Of a stretch of DNA of 64,000 bases, positions 29,495-39,375 are shown piece after piece. Made by a program: the position numbers and the translations under genes. Below the pieces are notes generated by a model. It did no database searches, was not told the DNA's origin, and saw only the letters and a program-made list of their open reading frames with translations. The stretch lies in assembly GCA_965261595.1 (NCBI GenBank), contig CBDHDG010000007.1:192001-256000 (forward strand), read 5' to 3'. Every line of letters begins with the position of its first letter. Within the stretch, counting starts at the first letter, position 1. Origin of the DNA: a bacterium (GTDB taxonomy: Bacteria; UBA8248; JACPRG01; G963555815).

Positions 29495-30531
29495 CCGAGA
29501 TCAAGGGGCAGGACCGGGCGGTGTCCGCCTTGCGGCGGGATTTCTCAACCGGCCGGATGGCGCCCTCTTACCTGTTTGTCGGACCTGAGGGCGTAGGCAA
29601 AACCACCACGGCCATCGCCTTCGCGGGTCTCCTCCTTTGCAAGGAGGGCGCTCGGGGCGGTGAATCCGAAGACGCCTGCGGCGTATGCGACGCATGCCGG
29701 AAGGTGCGGGCCGAGAGCCATCCCGACCTGATGGTCGTCCGAAGAGACGGCCGATTCATCAAGGTCGGAGAGTATGAGAAGGATCGGAAGCGGGGCGAGC
29801 CGCCTCAGATTCGGCAACTCATCGCCGCGGCGCAGCGCAAACCCTACGAGGGGCCGGTGAAGGTCCTCGTGGTGGATGAGGCCCACCGGATGAACGCCTC
29901 GGCGGCCAACGCGCTGCTGAAAACGCTGGAGGAGCCGCCGCCCGGCACGGTCATCATTCTGACCGCCGCAATGCTTGGGGCGCTGCCGCAAACGGTGGTT
30001 TCCCGATGCCGGGTGATCCGCTTCCGGAAGCTGGAGCGCTCCTGGCTGGCATCGGAGGTCGAGCGGCTTCGAGGCCGATCGGCCGAAGAGGCCCGTTTGG
30101 TGGCAAGTTTCGCCGATGGCCGCATGGACCACGCGCTTGAAGCCGACCCGGAAGAGGTCTTCGCGAGAAGAACCAAGGCCCTTGACCTCCTGGACGCGGC
30201 GCTGGAGGGCCGGACGGCCGCGGCGCTGAAAAACGTTTCCGGCGTAGGCCGGCCCGCCGAAGAGGCGGAAGCGCTCCTCGACGTGTTCATGTCCATCGTT
30301 CGCGACGTTCGCGCGGTCCGGGGAGGAGCGGAACCCGAATTTCTGGTGCACGAGGACTTGGCCAATAAGCTTGCCCGTTGCGGGTCAGCGTACACAAATA
30401 AAGCCCTGGAGGATTTGTTCGACCGCGCACGGTCGTTGCGCGCGGACATTCGCTTAAAAAACGCCAACCCGCAGCTTGGGTGGGAGTCCCTTCTGCTTAC
30501 TCCCAAGAAGCCAGCGGCGGTCGGAGGATAG
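29485..30531 (+). CDS. holB: DNA polymerase III delta-prime subunit
   Basis: YLFVGPEGVGK, CGVCDAC, HPD, AANALLKTLEEPP and SRC; follows tmk. Confidence 0.93.
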   Translation: MRLAEIKGQDRAVSALRRDFSTGRMAPSYLFVGPEGVGKTTTAIAFAGLLLCKEGARGGESEDACGVCDACRKVRAESHPDLMVVRRDGRFIKVGEYEKDRKRGEPPQIRQLIAAAQRKPYEGPVKVLVVDEAHRMNASAANALLKTLEEPPPGTVIILTAAMLGALPQTVVSRCRVIRFRKLERSWLASEVERLRGRSAEEARLVASFADGRMDHALEADPEEVFARRTKALDLLDAALEGRTAAALKNVSGVGRPAEEAEALLDVFMSIVRDVRAVRGGAEPEFLVHEDLANKLARCGSAYTNKALEDLFDRARSLRADIRLKNANPQLGWESLLLTPKKPAAVGG

Positions 30532-30535
30532 GTTC

Positions 30536-31354
30536 ATGAAGGTCCGGGTTGTGGGGCTCAATTTTCGAAGACAGAAGCGGGGCGCCCGCTATGATGCCGG
30601 GGACTTGTCCCTGCGTCTGGGAGATTACTGTGTTGTGAACACCGACCACGGCACGGAAGTCGCCCGCGTGGCCGTCAATCCCATGATCCTCCCGCGAGAG
30701 CGGATCAAAGGGAATCTTCCAAAGATCCTGAGACAGGCGACGGAGGAGGACATCGGACGATTCCGGGAGTTGGAAGCCGAGGAGGTGCGGGCGCGGCGAA
30801 CCGCCCTGAAGTGGATTCGCGGCATGAGGCTGCCGATGAAGATCTTCCAGGTGGCATACCACTTCGAAGAGGATTTCGCCACCTTCTATTTCACGGCCAA
30901 GGAGCGGGTGGATTTCCGCCAGTTGGTGCGGGAGCTCTCGGGTGAGCTGGGCATGCGGGTGGAGATGAGACAAATCGGGGCGCGGGACGAAGCCCGATTG
31001 ATGAACGGATGCGGCTCCTGCGGGCGGGATCTGTGCATCTCGAGTTGGCTGCCTGAATTCCGCCTGATCTCCATCCGGATGGCCAAGCTTCAAGACCTTG
31101 CCCTAAACCCTTCCAAGCTGTCGGGGATGTGCGGAAAACTGAAGTGCTGCCTTTCGTACGAGTTCAGGGAGTATGAAGGCGTTGCCAAAAAGATGCCCAA
31201 GATCGGAAAGCGCGTCAGCGGCTGCGCCGGATGCAGCGGGTGCGTGGTGAAACGAAACATCCTGGAGGAAACCTTCGTTATCCGCACCGAGGAAGGGGAT
31301 AGGGTGACCGCGACGCTCGATGACTACCAGGAGAGCAGGCGGCAGGCGAAATGA
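30536..31354 (+). CDS. ricT: RicT/YaaT (PSP1 domain) protein
   Basis: RVDFRQLV, RQIGARDEA, CGRDLC and KLSGMCGKLKCCL motifs. Confidence 0.9.
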   Translation: MKVRVVGLNFRRQKRGARYDAGDLSLRLGDYCVVNTDHGTEVARVAVNPMILPRERIKGNLPKILRQATEEDIGRFRELEAEEVRARRTALKWIRGMRLPMKIFQVAYHFEEDFATFYFTAKERVDFRQLVRELSGELGMRVEMRQIGARDEARLMNGCGSCGRDLCISSWLPEFRLISIRMAKLQDLALNPSKLSGMCGKLKCCLSYEFREYEGVAKKMPKIGKRVSGCAGCSGCVVKRNILEETFVIRTEEGDRVTATLDDYQESRRQAK

Positions 31355-31503
31355 TGCCGGCCGCGTGAAACCGTTCACCCCCCTGAGCGAAACGGCTGAA
31401 ACAGGGAACCGGCCGTCCAACTGAATGGACTCATCCCGGACGTTGTATCGCCGGCGATGTCGACGCTTCCTTCCCGAACCCGATCCATCGAACCCGAGAT
31501 CCC

Positions 31504-33501
31504 ATGAACGAGACGTTTTACGTAACCACCCCTATTTATTACGTGAACGACTATCCCCACATCGGTCACGCCTACACCACGATCGCGGCGGACGTCCTTG
31601 CCCGATTCCACCGCCTGGCCGGAACCCGGGTCTTCCTCCTCACCGGAACCGACGAGCACGGCCAGAAAGTGGAGCGAGCGGCCCGGGACCAGGGCTTGAC
31701 CCCGCAAGGGCTGGCCGACCGGGTGGTGGGCCGCTACCACCAGCTGTGGGACCGCCTCCGGATCGAGCCGGACGACTTCATCCGCACGACCGAAGCCCGG
31801 CACCGCAAAGGCGTAGAGGACCTGTTCCGCCGCGTGCAGGAGAAAGGCGATATTTACCTGGGCGAGTACGAGGGATGGTACTGCACGCCCGATGAATCGT
31901 TCTGGACGGAAACCCAGGTGGTGGATGGGAAATGCCCCGAATGCGGCAGACCGGTGGAACGCGTCCGGGAGGAAAGCTACTTCTTCCGGATGTCGAAATA
32001 CCAGGACCGGCTCCTGCGCCATCTGGAGGAGCATCCCGACTTCATTCTGCCGGAAAGCCGGCGCAATGAAGTCATCCGTTTCGTTGAAGGGGGTCTGCGG
32101 GACCTCAGCATCAGCCGGACGACTTTTCAGTGGGGCATCCCCGTTCCCGGGGGAGAGGGACACGTCCTCTACGTCTGGTTCGACGCGCTGACCAATTACA
32201 TCTCCGCGCTGGGATTCGGCGAGAAGGACGGCGGAGAGGACTACGAGACTTTCTGGCCCGCCGATGTTCATCTCATCGGGAAAGACATCCTGCGGTTTCA
32301 CGCCGTCTACTGGCCAACGTTCCTCATGTCGGCGGAGCTCCCCCTTCCCCGGCGCGTATTCGCCCATGGGTGGTGGACGGTGGAAGGACAAAAGATGTCC
32401 AAATCCCTCCGAAATGTCGTGGAGCCTAACCGTCTCCTCGACCACTACGGGGCGGACGCGGTGCGTTACTTTCTGTTGCGGGAAGTGCCTTTCGGTCAAG
32501 ACGGAAATTTTTCCCATGAGGCCTTGATCGAGCGAATCAACAGCGACCTGGCGAACGACTTGGGCAATCTCTTACACAGAACGATCGGCATGGTCGAACA
32601 GTTCTGCGGAGGGAAACTGCCGCGGGCCGCGGACGTCGGAGACCTCGAGCGCGGCCTTCAGCAGGCGGCCGGCGCCACCACCACGGTCCTCTGGGAAGAA
32701 TTGGAATCCTTGGAATTTCAGCGGGTCCTGAAAAGAGTTTGGGACTTTATCCACCAAGTCAATAAATACTTGGATACACGCGCACCATGGTCCATGTCCA
32801 AATCGGGAGACGAGGCGGGCGTTCGGACTACGCTCTACACGGCGGCGGAGGCGATTCGGGTCCTTTCCGTCTGGCTCTGGCCGTTCATGCCGGACGCCGC
32901 CCTGAAAATCCGCTCCCGTTTGGGGCTGGCCGCAGAAGACCCCCCGCGTTCTTTGGAAGAAGCCAGGACTTGGGGAGTCCTCGAGGCGGGCCAGGAGGTC
33001 CAACCCGGCCCGCCGCTCTTCCCCCGCATCGATGAGGAGGAAGCGGAGGAGATCAAACAGGCCGTGGGAAGAGAGGTCGAGAACGGGCAGGGGGCTCCCT
33101 TGTCGGAAGACGGAGGGTCTGCCGGGACGCCTCGACGGGAAGGGTCTTCAAGTCACGCGGACGAAGCGGCCGCGCGGATCGATTATGAGGCCTTCTCAAA
33201 GGTTTCATTGCGGGTCGCGCGTGTTGTTTCCGCCAAACCGGTCGAGAAATCAAGGAACCTGCTGAGCCTGAGGCTGGATTTGGGGGATGGGGGGGGGGAG
33301 CGAACCGTTGTCGCGGGCATCGCCGGCAGCTACTCCCCGGAAGAGTTGACGGGAAAGTCCGTGGTCATCGTCGCCAACCTCGAGCCGCGGACCCTCATGG
33401 GCGTCGAGTCGCAAGGGATGGTCCTGGCGGCCCAGGAGGGAGAGGGTCTGGCCTTGGTGACGCTGGACAAGCCGGTTCCCCCGGGAACTCCCATCCGTTG
33501 A
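31504..33501 (+). CDS. metG: Methionyl-tRNA synthetase
   Basis: TTPIYYVN..HIGH, GTDEHG, KMSKS and C-terminal tRNA-binding OB domain. Confidence 0.98.
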   Translation: MNETFYVTTPIYYVNDYPHIGHAYTTIAADVLARFHRLAGTRVFLLTGTDEHGQKVERAARDQGLTPQGLADRVVGRYHQLWDRLRIEPDDFIRTTEARHRKGVEDLFRRVQEKGDIYLGEYEGWYCTPDESFWTETQVVDGKCPECGRPVERVREESYFFRMSKYQDRLLRHLEEHPDFILPESRRNEVIRFVEGGLRDLSISRTTFQWGIPVPGGEGHVLYVWFDALTNYISALGFGEKDGGEDYETFWPADVHLIGKDILRFHAVYWPTFLMSAELPLPRRVFAHGWWTVEGQKMSKSLRNVVEPNRLLDHYGADAVRYFLLREVPFGQDGNFSHEALIERINSDLANDLGNLLHRTIGMVEQFCGGKLPRAADVGDLERGLQQAAGATTTVLWEELESLEFQRVLKRVWDFIHQVNKYLDTRAPWSMSKSGDEAGVRTTLYTAAEAIRVLSVWLWPFMPDAALKIRSRLGLAAEDPPRSLEEARTWGVLEAGQEVQPGPPLFPRIDEEEAEEIKQAVGREVENGQGAPLSEDGGSAGTPRREGSSSHADEAAARIDYEAFSKVSLRVARVVSAKPVEKSRNLLSLRLDLGDGGGERTVVAGIAGSYSPEELTGKSVVIVANLEPRTLMGVESQGMVLAAQEGEGLALVTLDKPVPPGTPIR

Positions 33502-33524
33502 GGAATCCATGAAAGGGTCGTCGG

Positions 33525-34973
33525 GTGTCCGGACCGGAGAATGATGTGACGACAAATCGAGAAGGACTTCCGAAAGGGGAGCCGGAGCTTTCCTGGGTCG
33601 ATTCTCATTGTCATCTGGAAGACGCCCAATTTGACGATGATCGGCCGGGGGTTCTGGAGCGCGCGAGACAAGCGGGCGTCCGATTCATGATGACCCTGGG
33701 CTCCGACATTCTCACCAGCAGGAAGGCCGTCGAACTTGCCGAGTCGCTGGATCCCGTTTTCGCGGGGATCGGCATCCATCCCCATGAAGCCAAGAAGGCG
33801 GGCCGGCGGACTTTCTCAACCCTCACGAAGCTGGCCGGAAAACCGAAGGTGGTGGCCATCGGCGAGGTGGGGCTGGATTATTACCGGACACATTCTCCGC
33901 CCGAGCAGCAAAGAGAGGTGCTCAAAAACCAGATCCGCATCGCCAAGAAGGTGAACCGGCCGTTGGTCCTGCATGAACGCGAAGCCCATGAGGATCTCAT
34001 CCAGATTCTTCGGGAAGAGAACGCCTGGGAAGCCCGTGGGGTGATTCATTGCTTCACCGGAGGCCCGCGCGAGGTTGAGGATTATCTGGACCTGGACTTC
34101 TACTTTTCCCTGGCCGGTCCGGTCACGTTCGCCAAGTCCACCGAGCTTCAGGAGACCGTTCGGGAGATCCCTTTGGAACGCCTTCTGATCGAGACCGACG
34201 CCCCCTACCTCACTCCCGCGCCCTTTCGAGGGCAAAGACCGAATGAACCGGCGATGGTCGTTCACGTCGGGGAGAAAATCGCCGAGTTGTTGGGCGTGCC
34301 AACTGAGGACCTGGCCAGGATCACCAGCTACAACGCACATGCGCTTTTCGGCATCCCGTCGGTGAACCCGGTTCCCCAAATGGTGTACAAGATTCACGGC
34401 GCTCTGCACCTGAATCTGACTTACACCTGCACCAACAATTGCTTCTACTGCCCGCGCTTTTCATCCGACTACCATTTCGGACACAACTTGAAGCTGGACA
34501 GGGACCCGGATCCGGATGAAATCTGGGAAGCGCTCAAGGCTTTCGGCGATATCCGGCAACAGGTGACGTTCAGCGGTTATGGAGAGCCTTTGGTGCGGCT
34601 GGACGTCCTGAAGGAGATTGCGGGCAGAATCAAAAAAGCGGGGGGAACGGTTCGGGTGCTGACCAATGGCCAGGGGAACCTGATCCATGGCCGAAATGTC
34701 CTGCCCGAGCTTCAGGGTTTGGTCGATCAACTCCGGATCTCACTCCACGCCGGGTCGGCGGAGAACTACATGAAGGTGGCGGCGCCCGCGTCGGGCGATG
34801 AAACCTTCGAGAGCGTCCTGTGGTTTATCCGAGAATCGAAGAACTTCGTACCGGATGTCTCGGTGATCATTCCCGACAAGCCGCTGATGTGGGATGTAGA
34901 TAAGCTGGAGAAGATGGTCACGGATGATCTGGGCGTGAAAGTCGTCCGGCGCAAGTTCGCGGTTTATGCCTGA
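33525..34973 (+). CDS. TatD family nuclease fused to a radical SAM domain
   Basis: DSHCH, GIHPH, IGEVGLD, HCF and ETDAP motifs, then CTNNCFYC (CxxxCxxC) and GYGEP. Confidence 0.9.
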   Translation: MSGPENDVTTNREGLPKGEPELSWVDSHCHLEDAQFDDDRPGVLERARQAGVRFMMTLGSDILTSRKAVELAESLDPVFAGIGIHPHEAKKAGRRTFSTLTKLAGKPKVVAIGEVGLDYYRTHSPPEQQREVLKNQIRIAKKVNRPLVLHEREAHEDLIQILREENAWEARGVIHCFTGGPREVEDYLDLDFYFSLAGPVTFAKSTELQETVREIPLERLLIETDAPYLTPAPFRGQRPNEPAMVVHVGEKIAELLGVPTEDLARITSYNAHALFGIPSVNPVPQMVYKIHGALHLNLTYTCTNNCFYCPRFSSDYHFGHNLKLDRDPDPDEIWEALKAFGDIRQQVTFSGYGEPLVRLDVLKEIAGRIKKAGGTVRVLTNGQGNLIHGRNVLPELQGLVDQLRISLHAGSAENYMKVAAPASGDETFESVLWFIRESKNFVPDVSVIIPDKPLMWDVDKLEKMVTDDLGVKVVRRKFAVYA

Positions 34974-35023
34974 GGCCCTCCGCTGATTGGAGGGTCGGCC
35001 GGTCCGGAGAGAAGAGGCCCGCG

Positions 35024-35842
35024 CTACCCCTCCTGCGCGGGCTCTTCGATGCGGACGCGCTCGATCGTCAAGGCCTTGCCCGAAGCGCTATCGACCGTCA
35101 AGAAGACGGCGTTGAGCTGAGCCGGTCCGGAGGCGGGTTCAAACCGCTTCGGAAGTCCGGTCAGAAATCGTTCGATCACTGGCTCCCGCCTTACGCCGAT
35201 GACAGAGACCCAGGGCCCTGTCATTCCCACGTCCGAGAGGTAAGCCGTTCCGCCGGGAAGGATCCGCTCGTCAGCGGTCTGGACATGGGTATGGGTCCCC
35301 AGGACCGCCGACACCTGGCCGTCCAAAAACCACCCCATCGCAATTTTTTCCGAAGTGGCTTCCGCATGCATATCCACAAGGATGACCGACGTCTCCCGGC
35401 GGAGTTTATTCAGGTGTTCCGAAGCGATGCGAAACGGACAGTCCAGACTGAAGGGGATGAACACACGGCCCATCAGGTTCAAAACACCGACCCGAACCCG
35501 GCTCGACGTTTCAAAGATTTCAGCGCCTCGCCCGGGGGCCCCTGACGGATAATTGGCCGGACGCAGGATGCGGGGCTCATGGGGGATGAGGTCAAAGATC
35601 TCCCGCTTATTCCAGATGTGGTTTCCTGAAGTCAGAACGTGGACGCCGAGGCCGAAAAACTCCTCCGCCACTTCCGCGGTCAACCCCAACCCCCCGGCGG
35701 CGTTCTCCGCGTTGACCACGCAGAAGTCCACTTGGAAATCCGTCAGGAGGCCCGAAAGGCGCTCTTTCAGGATTCGGCGCCCCGGTTTCCCGACGACGTC
35801 CGAGACGAACAATATCCTTACGATTTGTGGCGTTTCGGTCAA
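35024..35842 (-). CDS. ymdB: YmdB-family metallophosphoesterase
   Basis: DVVG.PGR, NAEN, SGNH, HAEATSEK, GTHTHVQTAD and DVGMTG; downstream of rny. Confidence 0.93.
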   Translation of the reverse strand: MTETPQIVRILFVSDVVGKPGRRILKERLSGLLTDFQVDFCVVNAENAAGGLGLTAEVAEEFFGLGVHVLTSGNHIWNKREIFDLIPHEPRILRPANYPSGAPGRGAEIFETSSRVRVGVLNLMGRVFIPFSLDCPFRIASEHLNKLRRETSVILVDMHAEATSEKIAMGWFLDGQVSAVLGTHTHVQTADERILPGGTAYLSDVGMTGPWVSVIGVRREPVIERFLTGLPKRFEPASGPAQLNAVFLTVDSASGKALTIERVRIEEPAQEG

Positions 35843-35852
35843 TCGGAACGCC

Positions 35853-37436
35853 TCATTGGGCGACTTCCTCCGAACGGGTCTCGCGAATCACCGTCACCTT
35901 GATCTCGCCGGGATAGGTGAGCTCTTCCTCGATCCGACGTGCGATGTCTTTGGCCAGAAACACTGCCTCGGATTCGTTCACGTTGGTCGGTTGGACAATG
36001 ACCCGGATCTCCCGGCCCGCCTGGATGGCGTAAGACTTCTCCACGCCCTGAAAAGAGTCGCCGATTTTCTCAAGCTGCTGGAGCCGCTTGATATGGGATT
36101 CCAGCGTCTCCCGCCGGGCCCCCGGACGCGCGGCGGACAGCGAGTCGGCCGCGCAAACGGCCATCGACTCGATGCTGTTGGGTTCTTCTTCTTCGTGATG
36201 GGCCGCGATGGCGTTGAGGACGACTGGCGGTTCGCGGTATCGGCGAGCCACATCGATGCCGATCTGGATGTGGGAGCCTTCCATTTCGTGGTCGAGGGCC
36301 TTGCCGATGTCGTGAAGCAAGCCGGCCCGCTTGGCCAGCTTCACGTCACCCCCCAATTCCGCGGCCACGAGACCGCTCAGGTGAGCCACCTCCTTGGAGT
36401 GCATCAGTACGTTTTGGCTGTAACTCGTGCGATAGTTCAGTCTTCCGAGCAGACGGAGGATTTCGGGATGGATTCCGTCCACCCCGACCTCGATGGCCGC
36501 CTCCGCTCCGATCTCCCGGACGTTCTTCTCCATATCGCTCTTGACCTTGGCCACGACATCTTCGATGCGCCGCGGGTGGATGCGGCCGTCTGAGACCAGG
36601 CGCTCCAGCGCCCTGCGGGCGATCTCCCGCTTGATGGGATCAAATCCCGAGATGATCACCGCTTCCGGGGTGTCGTCGATGATGAGGTCCACGCCGGTCG
36701 CCATCTCCATCGCCCGGATGTTCCGCCCCTCGCGGCCGATAATCCGCCCCTTCATCTCATCGTTGGGCAGGCTAACGACGGACAGGGTGTTTTCCGCTAC
36801 GTGGTCCGCCGCGTATCGCTGAATCGCGATGGCGATGATTCGATTGGCTTCCCGCTCGGCCTGTTCCCGCGCTTCCTCCTCAATCTTGCGCACCAGGTTC
36901 GCGCTGTCGTGCCGGGCCTCCTCCACGACCTGATCCATGATCACCTTCTTGGCTTCCGCCGCCGTTAACCCCGATACGCGCTCGAGGGCCCGGGTTCGCT
37001 CTTGAAGAACGCGATCGGTTTCTTTTCTCAGCTCCTCGAGTTTGTCCTCCCGCTCGGTGAGAAGGAGACCCTTCTTTTCAAAATTCCGCTCTTTCGTCTC
37101 CGCCGCTTCCAGCTTCTTTTCCAGGTTCCCCTCCCGTTGGAGACTGCGGCGTTCCTGCGTTTGAAGCTCCTGTCTCCTCTCCTTGATTTCCTGATCCAAT
37201 TCCCGGCTGACGCGCAGGGTTTCTTCCTTGGCCTCTAATTCGGCTTGACGGCGAATGGTCTCCGCCTCCCGCTTGGCCTCGGCCTGAAGCTTATCAGCCT
37301 CTTCCTGGGCCTGCTGGATCTTGGACCGGACTGAAACCCGGCGCAGCAAAAATCCAACCACGCCCCCCAACACAATGAGCAACGCGCCCAGCGCCCAACC
37401 CTCCGGATTCATCCAGTTGGCCATGAGCTCAGACAC
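35853..37436 (-). CDS. rny: Ribonuclease Y
   Basis: N-terminal TM, coiled coil, KH ([12 protein letters not shown]) and HD (LLHDIGK) domains. Confidence 0.97.
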   Translation of the reverse strand: MSELMANWMNPEGWALGALLIVLGGVVGFLLRRVSVRSKIQQAQEEADKLQAEAKREAETIRRQAELEAKEETLRVSRELDQEIKERRQELQTQERRSLQREGNLEKKLEAAETKERNFEKKGLLLTEREDKLEELRKETDRVLQERTRALERVSGLTAAEAKKVIMDQVVEEARHDSANLVRKIEEEAREQAEREANRIIAIAIQRYAADHVAENTLSVVSLPNDEMKGRIIGREGRNIRAMEMATGVDLIIDDTPEAVIISGFDPIKREIARRALERLVSDGRIHPRRIEDVVAKVKSDMEKNVREIGAEAAIEVGVDGIHPEILRLLGRLNYRTSYSQNVLMHSKEVAHLSGLVAAELGGDVKLAKRAGLLHDIGKALDHEMEGSHIQIGIDVARRYREPPVVLNAIAAHHEEEEPNSIESMAVCAADSLSAARPGARRETLESHIKRLQQLEKIGDSFQGVEKSYAIQAGREIRVIVQPTNVNESEAVFLAKDIARRIEEELTYPGEIKVTVIRETRSEEVAQ

Positions 37437-38172
37437 AGTGGATCACCTCCTCCGGTGATTCGTTCGTTGTTGTTGGAATCGAGTATCGATGAACATGAGC
37501 ATCGCAACGTATGACACCAACTTCCGTCACCACCCGGTGCATTGGAATATCCCACTCATCCCGGGAGATTCGGTCCTCCATCTGGCATGAAAAGGCCAGC
37601 CCAATCCGCTGGGCGTCGGCGCGGGCGGACGCCAGAAGCCCGTCGTAATACCCCTTGCCGAATCCCAGCCGGATCCCTTTGCCGTCGAAAGCCAGGCCCG
37701 GAACGACGAAGAAGTCAATGTTCTCGGTTTCTACAGGGCGGGGATGACGAGGCTCCAAGACCCCAAAAGCCGTTCGGACCCAACTCATCGGACCGGAATC
37801 CCGCCCGCCGGGCAGGTCTTTGATCTCCGAGAGGAACAGTTTCGCGCCCCGCCCCGCCGGAACCACGGGGACCGCCACTCGATATCCACGCGCCAAGGCC
37901 TTGCGAAGCAGGGCGCGCGTCCTGACCTCCAGACCGAAATCCACATAACAGGACAGCCACACGGGACTCCCGCTCCGAAGACGCTTTTGCAGATTCCGGA
38001 CCGCCTGGAGGCGCCAGAACCGTTGCACGATAGCTTGGCTATGGGTCTCGGCGGCCTCCGGGCGGAGCGCCTCCCGCCGGCTCAGGAACTTCCGGCGCAA
38101 CCGGGCCTTATCCGCAAGAATACGGGGCTTGGAAAGGTGATGAAGGGGACCGCTTTGAAGGTGAACCGCCAC
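37429..38172 (-). CDS. ygfA: 5-formyltetrahydrofolate cyclo-ligase
   Basis: [24 protein letters not shown] and WDIPM. Confidence 0.92.
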   Translation of the reverse strand: MAVHLQSGPLHHLSKPRILADKARLRRKFLSRREALRPEAAETHSQAIVQRFWRLQAVRNLQKRLRSGSPVWLSCYVDFGLEVRTRALLRKALARGYRVAVPVVPAGRGAKLFLSEIKDLPGGRDSGPMSWVRTAFGVLEPRHPRPVETENIDFFVVPGLAFDGKGIRLGFGKGYYDGLLASARADAQRIGLAFSCQMEDRISRDEWDIPMHRVVTEVGVIRCDAHVHRYSIPTTTNESPEEVIHCV

Positions 38173-38540
38173 GCCAATGCTCCCATTGCGCGACGGAGTG
38201 AGGATCTCAGGGGGCCGGTTTCCGTTGGTTCCGAGCAGGCCGATGAACCCCGCGGATTCTTTTCATGCTTTCAAAGGCGCCGAGGGGAACTTCACCGTTT
38301 CCGCCCCTGGAAAGGGGGCGGGCAGATGGACAGCCGGGGCGTCCGGGCGGCTTGCTTCCTGCCGCACCCTCCCCGGATTATTTTCGAACCACGATGAATT
38401 TGACCAGCCGATAACCGACGTCATTTCCGCCTGGAGAATCCTTCCACTCCTTGTAGGTTGACCCATCCGCCTAAGGATGAAAGCACCGCCGTCCCTTCTC
38501 GTCGCGTCGCGCCTTCGCCTCAGGCTGGACAGTTGAATCT

Positions 38541-38725
38541 AAAGTCCCCTGCCGCAATGCCGTGTGGGTATACTTTTTGAACCTGGCAGCACCAGGTGGG
38601 CGCCTCGGAGGACATTTCAGGCTCACTCCCGGGGGAGGTGCACACCACGCCCTTCTCCCGGCTCCCTTTCTTTGTCTGTTGGCTCAAAAATTTTTACGTC
38701 CATCACGCACATGGCAGGGGAATTC
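38541..38725 (-). ncRNA. ssrS: 6S RNA
   Basis: About 185 nt closed by a TCCCCTGCC/GGCAGGGGA stem with internal TTGAGCC...AGGTTCAA pairing; classic zapA-ssrS-ygfA position. Confidence 0.85.
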
Positions 38726-38736
38726 GGCTCTCCTCT

Positions 38737-39030
38737 TTATCCCGCTTTTTCCACCATCTGAAGGAGCGCGAACGTGCGTTGGTCCAAATTCGATTCCTTT
38801 TCCCGCTCCACTTTCTCAGCATGGAAGAGATCACTCGCGATATTGAGCGCTGTCAGAACGGCGATTTTTTGCGTATCGACGGCCTTGGATTGCGCGGCCA
38901 CTTTGCGCATCTGATCTTCGACGTACCGAGCCACCGTCCGCATGTACTCCTGGTCCGCGCCCGCGCGGACGACATAGGATTTTCCGTAGATCTCCACGGA
39001 GACGGTGTTTCGATCCGCCACCAGCGCCAC
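38737..39030 (-). CDS. zapA: Cell division protein ZapA
   Basis: V.VEIYGKSY and AVLTALNIA motifs. Confidence 0.9.
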   Translation of the reverse strand: MALVADRNTVSVEIYGKSYVVRAGADQEYMRTVARYVEDQMRKVAAQSKAVDTQKIAVLTALNIASDLFHAEKVEREKESNLDQRTFALLQMVEKAG

Positions 39031-39039
39031 CTCCGATGC

Positions 39040-39279
39040 TTAACTCGCTTGATGTACCCGGGAAATGCCCGCCAACATGGACTCGACGCGGCTTCGCAGA
39101 TCGCTCCGTTCGCGCGTCAACAAGTCCTTCACTCGTTGAAATTCCCCGAGGTCTTTATCCCGGTTCTTCGCGGGAGCGTCGGCTTCGAGTTGATCCAAAC
39201 GCGACTTCAACTGCTTCCGTTCAGAGAGCAACGCCCGAAGCTGGTGCTCCAACTGTTCAAGATTTTCCAAACTCGACAT
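39040..39279 (-). CDS. Coiled-coil protein, ZapB-like
   Basis: 79-aa heptad pattern directly upstream of zapA. Confidence 0.65.
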   Translation of the reverse strand: MSSLENLEQLEHQLRALLSERKQLKSRLDQLEADAPAKNRDKDLGEFQRVKDLLTRERSDLRSRVESMLAGISRVHQAS

Positions 39280-39375
39280 GATTCAAGCCTTTTCAGAGTT
39301 TTCCGCCATCCCTCTCTTTATATTCTTATTCCACCAACGCGTCAAACCCGCCGGTCCTTTTCACCTCCCGAGAAC

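Noticed and set aside
33289..33298. G10 tract in metG as a phase-variation site
   Set aside because: In-frame Gly codons in an essential gene, so switching is implausible
38263..38466. 67-aa ORF downstream of 6S RNA
   Set aside because: No clear RBS or recognisable motif, so not supportable as a gene
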